DNA of 64,000 nucleotides from Candidatus Metaruminococcus caecorum (GTDB lineage Bacteria > Bacillota > Clostridia > Oscillospirales > Ruminococcaceae). Position 1 is the stretch's first letter. Each line of letters opens with the position of its first letter. The stretch is taken from NCBI GenBank assembly GCA_904420045.1, contig CAJFTY010000024.1, positions 524 through 64,523 of the forward strand, given 5' to 3'. Of this stretch, positions 55,455 to 63,772 are shown piece by piece. Below the pieces are notes generated by a model, which was given only the letters and a program-made list of their open reading frames with translations, ran no database searches and was not told the DNA's origin. Both the position numbers and the translations under genes were made by a program.

Positions 55455-58169
55455 ATGTCGATCGAACAGGAAGCCAAAGTCTTTATGGAACAGCTTCAGC
55501 AGGTGTATTATGTAGACAGAGATCTGAACAAAACGCTTTCGTTGATGGACAAGGACGTCAGATGGATTGGCTCAGGCCAGGCGGAAATTTGCCGGGGCCT
55601 GGAGCAGGCAAAAGCCTTGCTGGAAAAAGAACAGGCAGAATTTTATAATTCCTTTCAGATTTTAAAGTCGTCTTACGAGGCCGTGGCTCTTTCCAAGGAA
55701 TTTTGTTTTGTCTGGGGATTTTTGACGATACAGGAAAAAGCGCCCTACACCATTTTAATGGAGCTGAATGTGCGGGTGTCCGCCATCTGCCGTAAAACCG
55801 ACCAGGGGCTTCGGCTGTACGAACTGCATATGTCGCTTCCCAGTGCGGACCAGGATGACAGTGAATTTTTTCCGAAAAAACTTGCAAAAGAGGCCAATCG
55901 CAAGCTGGAACTGCTGCTCGCGGAAAAGTCGGAGGAAATTGAAGCTCGCAATCGGGATCTGAAAAATCTGATGCAAAATGTTCCCGGGGGGATTTTTCGC
56001 TGTCTGGACGATGAATCGCTGACCATTCGCCAGATGAGCGACGGCTTTTTATCCATGTTCGGATATACGCGGGAAGATATAAAAAACCGGTTTCACAACA
56101 GCTTTTTAGAGATGATCGCGCCCGAGGACCGGGAAAAGGCGCTGCAGGACGCCGCAGATCAGACCAAAAACAGCGACCGGAAAGAACTGCAGTACCGCGT
56201 AGTCTGCGCCGACGGCAGCCTGATGTGGGTGCTGGACAAAGGGCAGCTTTATCAAACCGGGGACGGGCAGAGGTCGTTTTACTGCGTTTTGGTGGACATC
56301 ACCGAGCAGAAAAAGGATCAGGAAGAAATCCGCAGAATGTTGGAACGCCATCAGATCATTATGAATCAGGCAAACGACATCATCTTTGAGTGGGATATTC
56401 TCAAGGATGGTTTTGTGTTTTCCAACAATTGGATGAAAAAATTTGGTTATGAGCCGCTGACCACTCGGGTTAGGGAATGCTTCCTGGAACAATCGCACGT
56501 CCATCCGGAGGACCGGCGTCTGTTTACAGACGCGATGGATTCCATCCGGGCGGGGATCCCCTATACAGAAACTACGATCCGGATTGAAAACGGCGATCAA
56601 AAATATCTTTGGTGCCGGGTGCGGATGACCGGTCAGTTTGACCGGCAGGGGCGTCCTTTTAAAGCAGTTGGCGTCATCGTGGACATCGACAGTGAAAAAA
56701 AGCAGTCGCAGCTATTGACCGAACGGGCCGAGCGGGATACGCTGACCAAACTTTACAATAAAGGAACCGCCCAGGTTTTGATTGAGCAGCACTTGGCCAC
56801 CTGCCGGGACGATGCGCTTAATGCGGTGTTAATAATTGATGTGGATAATTTTAAACAGATCAACGACTCAAAAGGGCATTTGTTTGGAGACGCATATTTA
56901 AGTGAAATTGCCCGCAGAATCAAAAAACTGTTCCGGGAACAGGATGTAGTCGGCCGTATCGGAGGGGACGAGTTTATCGTTTTCATGAAGGATATCACCG
57001 ATCCGGAGCTTGCCAAACGGCGGGCGGGACAGATTCTTGAAGAGTTTGCCAAGCTTTCCGTCAAGGATATACAAAGCCAGGCGGCCTCCTGCAGCATTGG
57101 GATTGTCGTTGCCCGGGGGAATTCCATGCGGTTTAAAGACCTTTTCCAGCGGGCGGACATGGCCCTGTACAGTGCAAAAAAGCAGGGAAAGCGGCGCTTT
57201 ATGGCTTACGACGACAGTATGGTGCAGGGATTTGCAGGAGAAAGCGCGGCCGCCGCACCGCATTCGGCGGTGGGCGATGTCATTGACTCGGAAAACCCGT
57301 CTCCAGCGGTGACCAGCACGCTGGTGGAAAATATTTTCCGCATTCTTTACGAGGCGCCGGATATTGAAGCAGCGGTGGGCGCAATTTTGGAAATTGTCGG
57401 CCGTCAGTATGATGTCAGCCGGGTTTATATCTTTGAAAACACAGAGGACGACCAGTATTGCAGCAACACCTTTGAATGGTGCAACGACGGGGTGGAGCCT
57501 GAAATTCAGCATTTAAAGCGGGTAAGCTATCAGGAAGACCTCAAAGGGCACTATCTGGATAACTTTAACAAAAATGGCGTGTTTTACTGCCGCGACATCC
57601 GGACGCTTCCTCAGGAGCAGTATGCAATTTTGCATCCGCAGGGCATTCAGTCCCTGCTTCAGTGCGCCATTCAGGACAATGGCAGGGTTAAAGGATATGT
57701 GGGCTTTGACGAGTGCCGCCACAGGCGGTTCTGGACGCAGGAGCAAATCGACACGTTGTCGCTCATATCCGAAATCCTCAGTGTATTCCTGCTGAAAAAG
57801 CGCGCGCAGGACAGCCTGGAAAAAGTGGTAGCCGGTATGCAGACGGTGCTGGATAATCAAAGCTCCTGGGTATACGTCATTGATCCGGACAGCTATCAAA
57901 TGTGGTTTGTCAACCAAAAGACTGTTGAGCTGGTGCCGGGTGTAAAGACAGGGGACTTTTGTTACCGTGCATTTTTCGGCAGAGAAACCCCCTGTGAACA
58001 CTGCCCGGCCAGGGAGTTTTTACAGGGGAACACCAGCTCCACGGAAATTTATAACCCGCAGCTAAACGTCTGGTCCTGCGTGGATGTATCTAAAATCCAC
58101 TGGGAAAATAAGCCGGCCTTGCTTTTGTCCTGTTATGACATCACCCGGTATAAGGTGCAGGAAGAATAA
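55455..58169 (+). CDS. Multidomain diguanylate cyclase: NTF2/SnoaL-like N-terminus, two PAS domains, active GGDEF with I-site, then GAF and a Cys-motif PAS-like domain
   Basis: RIGGDEFIVFM is preceded by REQD (RxxD exactly 5 residues upstream), and DTLTKLYNKG is the GGDEF entry motif. The PAS blocks are GIFRCLDDESLTIRQMSDGFLSMFGYTRED and DIIFEWDILKDGFVFSNNW. The C-terminus contains CYRAFFGRETPCEHC. I chose ATG 55455 (RBS AAAGGGG) over the GTG at 55371. Confidence 0.88.
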   Translation: MSIEQEAKVFMEQLQQVYYVDRDLNKTLSLMDKDVRWIGSGQAEICRGLEQAKALLEKEQAEFYNSFQILKSSYEAVALSKEFCFVWGFLTIQEKAPYTILMELNVRVSAICRKTDQGLRLYELHMSLPSADQDDSEFFPKKLAKEANRKLELLLAEKSEEIEARNRDLKNLMQNVPGGIFRCLDDESLTIRQMSDGFLSMFGYTREDIKNRFHNSFLEMIAPEDREKALQDAADQTKNSDRKELQYRVVCADGSLMWVLDKGQLYQTGDGQRSFYCVLVDITEQKKDQEEIRRMLERHQIIMNQANDIIFEWDILKDGFVFSNNWMKKFGYEPLTTRVRECFLEQSHVHPEDRRLFTDAMDSIRAGIPYTETTIRIENGDQKYLWCRVRMTGQFDRQGRPFKAVGVIVDIDSEKKQSQLLTERAERDTLTKLYNKGTAQVLIEQHLATCRDDALNAVLIIDVDNFKQINDSKGHLFGDAYLSEIARRIKKLFREQDVVGRIGGDEFIVFMKDITDPELAKRRAGQILEEFAKLSVKDIQSQAASCSIGIVVARGNSMRFKDLFQRADMALYSAKKQGKRRFMAYDDSMVQGFAGESAAAAPHSAVGDVIDSENPSPAVTSTLVENIFRILYEAPDIEAAVGAILEIVGRQYDVSRVYIFENTEDDQYCSNTFEWCNDGVEPEIQHLKRVSYQEDLKGHYLDNFNKNGVFYCRDIRTLPQEQYAILHPQGIQSLLQCAIQDNGRVKGYVGFDECRHRRFWTQEQIDTLSLISEILSVFLLKKRAQDSLEKVVAGMQTVLDNQSSWVYVIDPDSYQMWFVNQKTVELVPGVKTGDFCYRAFFGRETPCEHCPAREFLQGNTSSTEIYNPQLNVWSCVDVSKIHWENKPALLLSCYDITRYKVQEE

Positions 58170-58291
58170 GCCGAGCACGCGGGGCGGCTTGCCGCGGCCT
58201 TTTCAAAACCGGCTTTTGGTTTAAGACGGCCGGCGCCGTTTCCCAGCATGGGTTTCAAACCGTCAGAAGCTGCCAAAGGAGAGAATGAGCC

Positions 58292-59506
58292 ATGGATCGA
58301 AACCTCTCGGATGAGAAACAACTGAAGATACAAACCTTTGGGGGACTTTCCATCCGCTATGGGGATCGGGTGGTCTCGGAAAATACCGGCCGCAGCAAAA
58401 AGGTTTGGGAACTGATCCAGTATCTGATTGCGGTGCGGTACACAGGGGTTTCCGTGGAGCGGCTGATCGAAGCAGTCTGGGAGGACAAGGAACTGGAAAA
58501 CCCCATGAACGCGCTGAAAAACCTGGTATACCGGGCCCGCACCACCCTGAAGGCGCTGTCGCCTTCGGATGAAAAGGTGGAGTTTATCCGGTTTGAGCAC
58601 AACTCCTACCTTTGGAACACCGACCTTCCCTGTGTCGTGGACGCGGAGGAAATGGAACGCTGTCACCGTTTGGGATACGACACAAGCCGCGAGGAAAAAC
58701 AGCGGATGCAAAGCTTTGCCCGGGCAGTGGAGCTTTATCAGGGGGAATATCTGCCAAAATCTTCCTTTCTCGACTGGGTGATTGTGAAAAACGCCTATTA
58801 CGCCACGCTGTATAAAGAATGTGTTTTAGGTCTGGCAAAGCTCTTGTCCGACGATCAGCGACCGGATGAAGTCATCCGTCTGTGCGAGCGGGCGCTGGAG
58901 TTCTGCCCCTACGAGGAGGAGATCCACTGCGCGCTTTTAGCGGCCTATGCGGCCACCGGGCAGGAGAAAAAAGCGGCAGCTCATTACAGCCGCCTGAACG
59001 AGACGTTTTTCGATCAGTTTGGGGTGTCGCCTTCCCCAGAGACCACAGCGCTGTACAAATCGGTCATCAAGAGCCTGCACAACATTGAAACGGATCTTTC
59101 GGCAATCAAAGACGATCTGCGGGAAATCTGCGACCGCAAGGGCGCGTTCTGCTGTGACTATGATATTTTTCAAAACATCTACCGCTTGCAGGCCCGCTCG
59201 ATGGCCCGCACCGGAAGCAGCATTTACATTGCCCTTTTGACCATCACCGATGAAAGAGGGGAAGTCCCGTCCAAAGAGACCATCAAACGGGTGGTGCGGC
59301 CGCTGTACAGAATGGTAGCCGCTGGGCTGCGCCGGGGTGATGTAGTGGCTCCGTACAGCTCCACTCAGTTTGTAGTGATGCTGCCCATGACAACCTATGA
59401 AAGTGCGAAGATGGTCACCGGCCGCCTGCTGAGCCGGTGCAAACGGCTTTTGAATAAAGAAGAAGTCAAAGTGACGGTCACCGTCGCTTCGGTGGACCCT
59501 GTATAG
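58292..59506 (+). CDS. SARP-type winged-helix plus BTAD transcriptional regulator fused to a degenerate GGDEF domain
   Basis: The SARP part is LKIQTFGGLSIRYGDRVV...KKVWELIQYLIAVRYTGVSVERLIEAVWED...NALKNLVYRARTTL. The BTAD part is AVELYQGEYLP...ALLAAYAATGQEKKAAAHYSRLNETFFDQFGVSPSPETTALY. The C-terminal GGDEF fold reads LRRGDVVAPYSSTQFVVMLP where LRxxDxxxRYGGDEFxxxLP is expected. Confidence 0.85.
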   Translation: MDRNLSDEKQLKIQTFGGLSIRYGDRVVSENTGRSKKVWELIQYLIAVRYTGVSVERLIEAVWEDKELENPMNALKNLVYRARTTLKALSPSDEKVEFIRFEHNSYLWNTDLPCVVDAEEMERCHRLGYDTSREEKQRMQSFARAVELYQGEYLPKSSFLDWVIVKNAYYATLYKECVLGLAKLLSDDQRPDEVIRLCERALEFCPYEEEIHCALLAAYAATGQEKKAAAHYSRLNETFFDQFGVSPSPETTALYKSVIKSLHNIETDLSAIKDDLREICDRKGAFCCDYDIFQNIYRLQARSMARTGSSIYIALLTITDERGEVPSKETIKRVVRPLYRMVAAGLRRGDVVAPYSSTQFVVMLPMTTYESAKMVTGRLLSRCKRLLNKEEVKVTVTVASVDPV

Positions 59507-59549
59507 GAAATCGGACGATAAAACCCTGTGTCTGGAAGGGAGGTTAGGC

Positions 59550-60773
59550 ATGATCCGATCAACCAAGGTTCGATCCCTTTCTGTGCTGTGCGCGGCCTGC
59601 TTTCTGGCATCTGTCCTTTTATCCTCCTGCGTGCCGGCAGTGGATGGGCCGAAAGATGCAAGCTCCTGGGGCAGCTCTGCGACAGCCTTCCAGGGGAGTT
59701 CGGAACAAGGCGCTTTCTCCTCCGGCGGGAGGGAGTATGAAGGAACGTCTGCGCCCAGCGTGTCCGCAGAGGATTCACAGTACGCTTCCCAGACGTCCAG
59801 ACAAAGCAGCCCGCACAGTTCTCAGAGCCGGGGGGAATTCTCGGCGGGGACGTCTTCTTCCCGAAGCTCATCCAAAGGGACGGGAGACGGCGCAAAGCCT
59901 TCTTCCAAGCCGGCGGGAACGAGTTCAAAAGGGGGAGGGGGAACCTCCGCAAAGCCTCCTGCACAAAGGCCTATATCGGTTAAAACTCCCAAGGCATCCG
60001 GATCGGTAGTGCTGGGAAAAGGCGGCACGTCCATCGACGCCAGCAACGGCGCGGAGGGCTACATCATGGTCAAGCACACCGGCAGCAGCAAGCGGCTGAA
60101 GCTGCAAATCAAAAAGGACGGCAAGACCTACAGCTACGATTTAAACAACAAGGGAAATTACGAAGTATTCCCATTGACGATGGGAAGCGGAAGCTACAGC
60201 GTGATGGTGGCGGAAAACATCGCCGGAACCAAGTACAGTGTGTTATACAACACCACCATTTCGGTCAAACTCAAGGATGCCCTGACAACTTATTTGTATC
60301 CCAGTCAGTACGTATGGTTTACCGCGTCCTCCAAGGCGGTGAAAAAATCCTACGAGCTGTGCGCGGGCAAGAACACCGAGCTTGAGATGGTGCAGGCGGT
60401 GTACTCCTATATCATTCAAAACATCAAGTACGATAAGAAAAAAGCGGCCACGGTGACGTCAGGCTACCTGCCCGATGCAGACGAGACCTTAAGCTCCGGC
60501 AAGGGAATCTGCTTTGATTACGCGGCGCTGCTGGCAGTGATGCTCAGGGCCCAGGGAATTCCCACCAAACTGGTCAAGGGAAAAGTGGCCCCCAACGATA
60601 TCAGCCACGCGTGGAACATGGTGTACGTCAAGGAAAAAGGGTGGATCAAGGTGGGATTTACCTTTCAGGCGAAAACCTGGACCCGGATGGACCCCACGTT
60701 CAGCGCCTCGCCTTCAGGGCTGACCGATTTTATCGGCAACGGAAAAAACTACACGGGACTGTATGAGTATTAA
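59550..60773 (+). CDS. Transglutaminase-like (Cys-protease-fold) lipoprotein with a Ser/Gly-rich linker
   Basis: Lipobox LLSSC, a low-complexity S/G/P linker, and the core GKGICFDYAALLAVMLRAQGIPTKLVKG...ISHAWNMVYV...WTRMDPT (Cys-His-Asp). Confidence 0.85.
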   Translation: MIRSTKVRSLSVLCAACFLASVLLSSCVPAVDGPKDASSWGSSATAFQGSSEQGAFSSGGREYEGTSAPSVSAEDSQYASQTSRQSSPHSSQSRGEFSAGTSSSRSSSKGTGDGAKPSSKPAGTSSKGGGGTSAKPPAQRPISVKTPKASGSVVLGKGGTSIDASNGAEGYIMVKHTGSSKRLKLQIKKDGKTYSYDLNNKGNYEVFPLTMGSGSYSVMVAENIAGTKYSVLYNTTISVKLKDALTTYLYPSQYVWFTASSKAVKKSYELCAGKNTELEMVQAVYSYIIQNIKYDKKKAATVTSGYLPDADETLSSGKGICFDYAALLAVMLRAQGIPTKLVKGKVAPNDISHAWNMVYVKEKGWIKVGFTFQAKTWTRMDPTFSASPSGLTDFIGNGKNYTGLYEY

Positions 60774-60805
60774 CGGCGGACAACCGAAAGAAAGGCTGGA
60801 ACACA

Positions 60806-61873
60806 ATGGATACGAGCAACAAGCAAACCAAGCGCAGGCGCTATCTCCCCGCGTCGGAGCTTGCGATGTTCTGCGGACAACTGGCGATGATTTTGCAGTC
60901 GGATATCCTGCTCAGCGACGGAGTCGCCTCCCTGTGTGAAGAGGGAGCGCGAACCGGCAACGCCCAGGCGTTCGGACGGCTTCGGGACACCGTGCAGGAG
61001 ACCGGCTCCCTGTACCTGGCGGTCAAACAGGCAGGCTTTTTTCCGCCCTACCTTGTCAATATGGTGCGGGTGGGCGAGCAGGCGGGCAAGCTGGACGAGG
61101 CGATGGAAAGCCTCAGCCGGTACTACGAGCGGGAGGATCAAATCCGCAAATCCATCCGCAGCGCGGTGGTGTATCCCGCGGTGTTGATGCTGATGATGGC
61201 GGTGGTAATCGCGGTGCTGCTGATCAAGGTCATGCCGGTGTTTGCTCAGGTGTTTGACGATCTGGGCGGACAGGCGGTTTCCACCTCCAATGCGATGATG
61301 CGGTTCGGCATGACGGCGGGGATTTGCGCGCTGGGGCTGATTGGGCTGGCCTTTGTGGTCGTGCTGGCGCTGCTGATGGCCTCCCGCACCCAAAAGGGCT
61401 ATCGGGCCCTGATTCGGCTGGGGAGCCGTTTCCCGCTGACCAAGGGGATTTTTGCGAAGCTCACCTCCAGCCGGTTTGCGTCGGCCATGGCCATGCTTTT
61501 GCAGAGCGGCATGGACGTTGATGAATCACTGGAGCTGGCGCAGGAATGTGTCACCGACGAAGCAGGGCGGAGCAAGGCCGCCCGCTGCCGGGAGCTGATG
61601 GCCCAGGGCGTTACCTTTGCGGACGCGCTGGAACAGACCGAGATGTTTGAGCCGCTGTATCTGCACATGGTGCGCACCGGCAGCCAGACTGGCCGGGAGG
61701 ACATGGTGATGAAAAAGCTGGGCGAGCTTTGCTCCGGCCAGGCAGATGAGTCTTTGTCCCGTCTGGTTTCGGTGATCGAGCCTACGCTGGTGGCGGTGAT
61801 GAGCGTCATCATCGGCGCAATTCTGCTGGCGGTGATGCTGCCACTGACTGGCGCCATGTCCGCCATCGGGTAA
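60806..61873 (+). CDS. Type II secretion / type IV pilus platform protein (GspF/PilC/ComGB family)
   Basis: Two T2SS-F repeats are present: FCGQLAMILQSDILLSDGVASL...FPPYLVNMVRVGEQAGKLDEAMESL and FASAMAMLLQSGMDVDESLELA...FEPLYLHMVRTGSQTGREDMVM. There are three TM segments. The 355 aa size is ComGB-like. Confidence 0.9.
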   Translation: MDTSNKQTKRRRYLPASELAMFCGQLAMILQSDILLSDGVASLCEEGARTGNAQAFGRLRDTVQETGSLYLAVKQAGFFPPYLVNMVRVGEQAGKLDEAMESLSRYYEREDQIRKSIRSAVVYPAVLMLMMAVVIAVLLIKVMPVFAQVFDDLGGQAVSTSNAMMRFGMTAGICALGLIGLAFVVVLALLMASRTQKGYRALIRLGSRFPLTKGIFAKLTSSRFASAMAMLLQSGMDVDESLELAQECVTDEAGRSKAARCRELMAQGVTFADALEQTEMFEPLYLHMVRTGSQTGREDMVMKKLGELCSGQADESLSRLVSVIEPTLVAVMSVIIGAILLAVMLPLTGAMSAIG

Positions 61874-61953
61874 AAAATTCCAGCCCACAGGAAAAAATCC
61901 TGGGGAAACAATCCCTACGAGGTTTTGGGACACAGACGAAAGGAGGAGCAGCC

Positions 61954-62280
61954 GTGCATCTATACCGTCAGAAGAAATCCGTTCGCTGGGGAATTTTCGC
62001 GTCCCTGGCGTTGTTTGCAGCGGCTGTCCTGGCAGCGGCGTTTTTGCTTCAAAAAACCACCGACTCCGCATCGGCGGAACGCAAAAAACAGATGGAGGCA
62101 GCGATCCACAAGTCCATCGTAAGCTGCTACGCAGTGGAGGGCCAGTATCCAGAAAGCCTGGAGTATCTGGAAAAGCATTACGGGCTTTCGGTGGACCGGG
62201 ACCGGTTTGTGGTGGAATATTCGGTGTTTGCTTCCAACCTTTATCCCGCTGTGCAGGTGGCGGAAAGGGGGAACGGCTGA
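61954..62280 (+). CDS. Small N-terminally membrane-anchored protein of the type IV filament cluster (no family recognised)
   Basis: GTG start after strong RBS AAAGGAGGAG. It has MHLYRQKKSVRWG followed by IFASLALFAAAVLAAAFLL (TM) and about 70 aa of soluble sequence. There is no E at +5. Confidence 0.6.
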   Translation: MHLYRQKKSVRWGIFASLALFAAAVLAAAFLLQKTTDSASAERKKQMEAAIHKSIVSCYAVEGQYPESLEYLEKHYGLSVDRDRFVVEYSVFASNLYPAVQVAERGNG

Positions 62281-62281
62281 C

Positions 62282-62761
62282 ATGGGAAACCCGGTAAAAA
62301 ACGCCCATTCGGTGGACGTGGTTTTTGCAGTGGCACTGTTTGCGCTGTTCGCGGTGCTGTCCCTCATGCTGGTGCTCATCGGCGTGCGGTCTTACTCCGG
62401 CGCGGTGGAGCGCTCCGCAGCGGCCGCCCAGACCAGGGCTCAGGTGCTGTATCTGTCCAACAAGGTCCGGAGCGCCGACCAGGCGGGGGGCGTAGCCGTG
62501 CGGCAGGAAAACGGCATATGCGTGCTTTCCCTGGCGGAGGAAACGGACGGCGAGCCCTATGAAACCCTGATTTATTGTCACGATGGAAAATTGATGGAAC
62601 AGCTTGCGGCCAAAGGAGATTCGTTTGAGCCGGGAAACGGGCAGGAAATCGCCGAGGCCGCGTCCTTTCAGGCGTCTCTGTCCCAGAGCGGAAGGCTTTT
62701 GATCCAGGTGGGGAGCGGCGGGACGGTCCGTTCCTTTGAACTGGCGCTGCGCAGCCGGTGA
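62282..62761 (+). CDS. Small N-terminal-TM protein, pilin-like topology (possibly the DUF4860-type family seen next to T2SS-F genes in Clostridia; unverified)
   Basis: Its ATG lies 1 nt after the previous stop. It has MGNPVKNAHSVDVVFAVALFALFAVLSLMLVLIGV followed by an Ala-rich helix (SGAVERSAAAAQTRAQVLYLSNKV) and a beta-rich C-terminus. Confidence 0.6.
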   Translation: MGNPVKNAHSVDVVFAVALFALFAVLSLMLVLIGVRSYSGAVERSAAAAQTRAQVLYLSNKVRSADQAGGVAVRQENGICVLSLAEETDGEPYETLIYCHDGKLMEQLAAKGDSFEPGNGQEIAEAASFQASLSQSGRLLIQVGSGGTVRSFELALRSR

Positions 62762-62801
62762 CAGGGCGCGGCTTTTTCACAGGACGAAAGGAGGAGACAG
62801 G

Positions 62802-63260
62802 ATGAAAACGGTAAAATCCCGGGTGTTTTTAGTGGAACTGATTCTGGTGATCCTCTTTTTTGCGCTGTCCACGGCGGCGGTGCTGCAGTTGTTTATGGCG
62901 GCCAACCGGCAGAGCGAACGCAGCGAGCTGCGCACTCAGGCGCTGGTGGAGGCCCAGAACATGGCGGAACGGCTTAGAAATACGGAGCACCCTCAAACGG
63001 TGCTGGACAAAGAGGGATGGTCTGCCGTGGCATCGGGTCCATCCACCTGCTACACCCGTCGGTATGACCGGGCATTTCAGCCTTCCGGCGAAGGGGAGAT
63101 CGTGCTGTCCGTCACGGTCGAACAACAAAATTCCGAGGGAGGCGGAACGCTTTTGAAGATGAAGGTGGCGGTGGAGGACACCGCGGACAACGGCGGCAGA
63201 ACGCTCTGCTCCCTGGACGCGGACCGGTATCTCCCGGGATGGAAGGAGGGTGCGCGGTGA
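62802..63260 (+). CDS. Pseudopilin-like protein with a non-canonical class III signal (R instead of G at -1)
   Basis: MKTVKSRVFLVELILVILFFALSTAAVLQLF aligns with the canonical KGFTLVELLVVIAI prepilin N-terminus, including Glu at +5. RBS is AAAGGAGGAG. Confidence 0.7.
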   Translation: MKTVKSRVFLVELILVILFFALSTAAVLQLFMAANRQSERSELRTQALVEAQNMAERLRNTEHPQTVLDKEGWSAVASGPSTCYTRRYDRAFQPSGEGEIVLSVTVEQQNSEGGGTLLKMKVAVEDTADNGGRTLCSLDADRYLPGWKEGAR

Positions 63261-63742
63261 AAGCTTCCAACCGGTTCCACATCGGGACGGGCGTGTCCTC
63301 TTTAATCATGATTTTGGTGGTGCTTTGCCTGACGGTGTTCGCCGTGCTTTCTTACACCACCGCCCGGGCGGATGCGGCGCTGACCCAGAAAAGCCTGGAC
63401 GCCGCCGATGCGTACTACCGCGCCGCATCCCGGATGGAGCGCACGCTGGCCCAGGTGGATGGGGTGCTGGCCGCAGCCGCCGAACAGGCCGGCGATTCCC
63501 AGACTGCGTATCTGGCCGGTGCAAAAGAGGCGCTGTTAAAGCTTGACGGCGCCAAGGCAGAGCAGGCGGGCGAGGGACTCACCCTGATCCTTCAACAGGA
63601 TCTTGGGGACGGCAGAACTCTGCGGGCAGTGCTGGACATCCCGCCCGCGGGAGACGCGCGGTACCGGATCGAGTCTTATAAACTGCTGCCTGTTCAAAAC
63701 TGGAACCCGGATTCGGACGTGCAGGTCTGGCCAGGGGAGTAG
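63257..63742 (+). CDS. Minor-pseudopilin-like protein (G at -1, no Glu+5)
   Basis: Its GTG overlaps the previous stop (GTGA). It has VKASNRFHIGTG followed by VSSLIMILVVLCLTVFAVLSY and a long Ala-rich helix. This resembles GspK/ComGF-type minor pilins lacking E5. Confidence 0.55.
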   Translation: MKASNRFHIGTGVSSLIMILVVLCLTVFAVLSYTTARADAALTQKSLDAADAYYRAASRMERTLAQVDGVLAAAAEQAGDSQTAYLAGAKEALLKLDGAKAEQAGEGLTLILQQDLGDGRTLRAVLDIPPAGDARYRIESYKLLPVQNWNPDSDVQVWPGE

Positions 63743-63772
63743 AAATTCCGCATTTAGAAAGGATCGGTCAAC

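Noticed and set aside
58170-58291. A c-di-GMP riboswitch (GEMM-I/II) upstream of the SARP-GGDEF and filament genes
   Set aside because: No ACGCAAAGC-type GEMM core or pseudoknot motif was recognisable here or in 59507..59549. Regulation appears to be protein-based.
61526-62581. A 351 aa minus-strand ORF
   Set aside because: It is antisense to the gspF 3' end and the small pilin-like genes. The Pro/Arg/Gly-rich translation is typical of a GC artefact.
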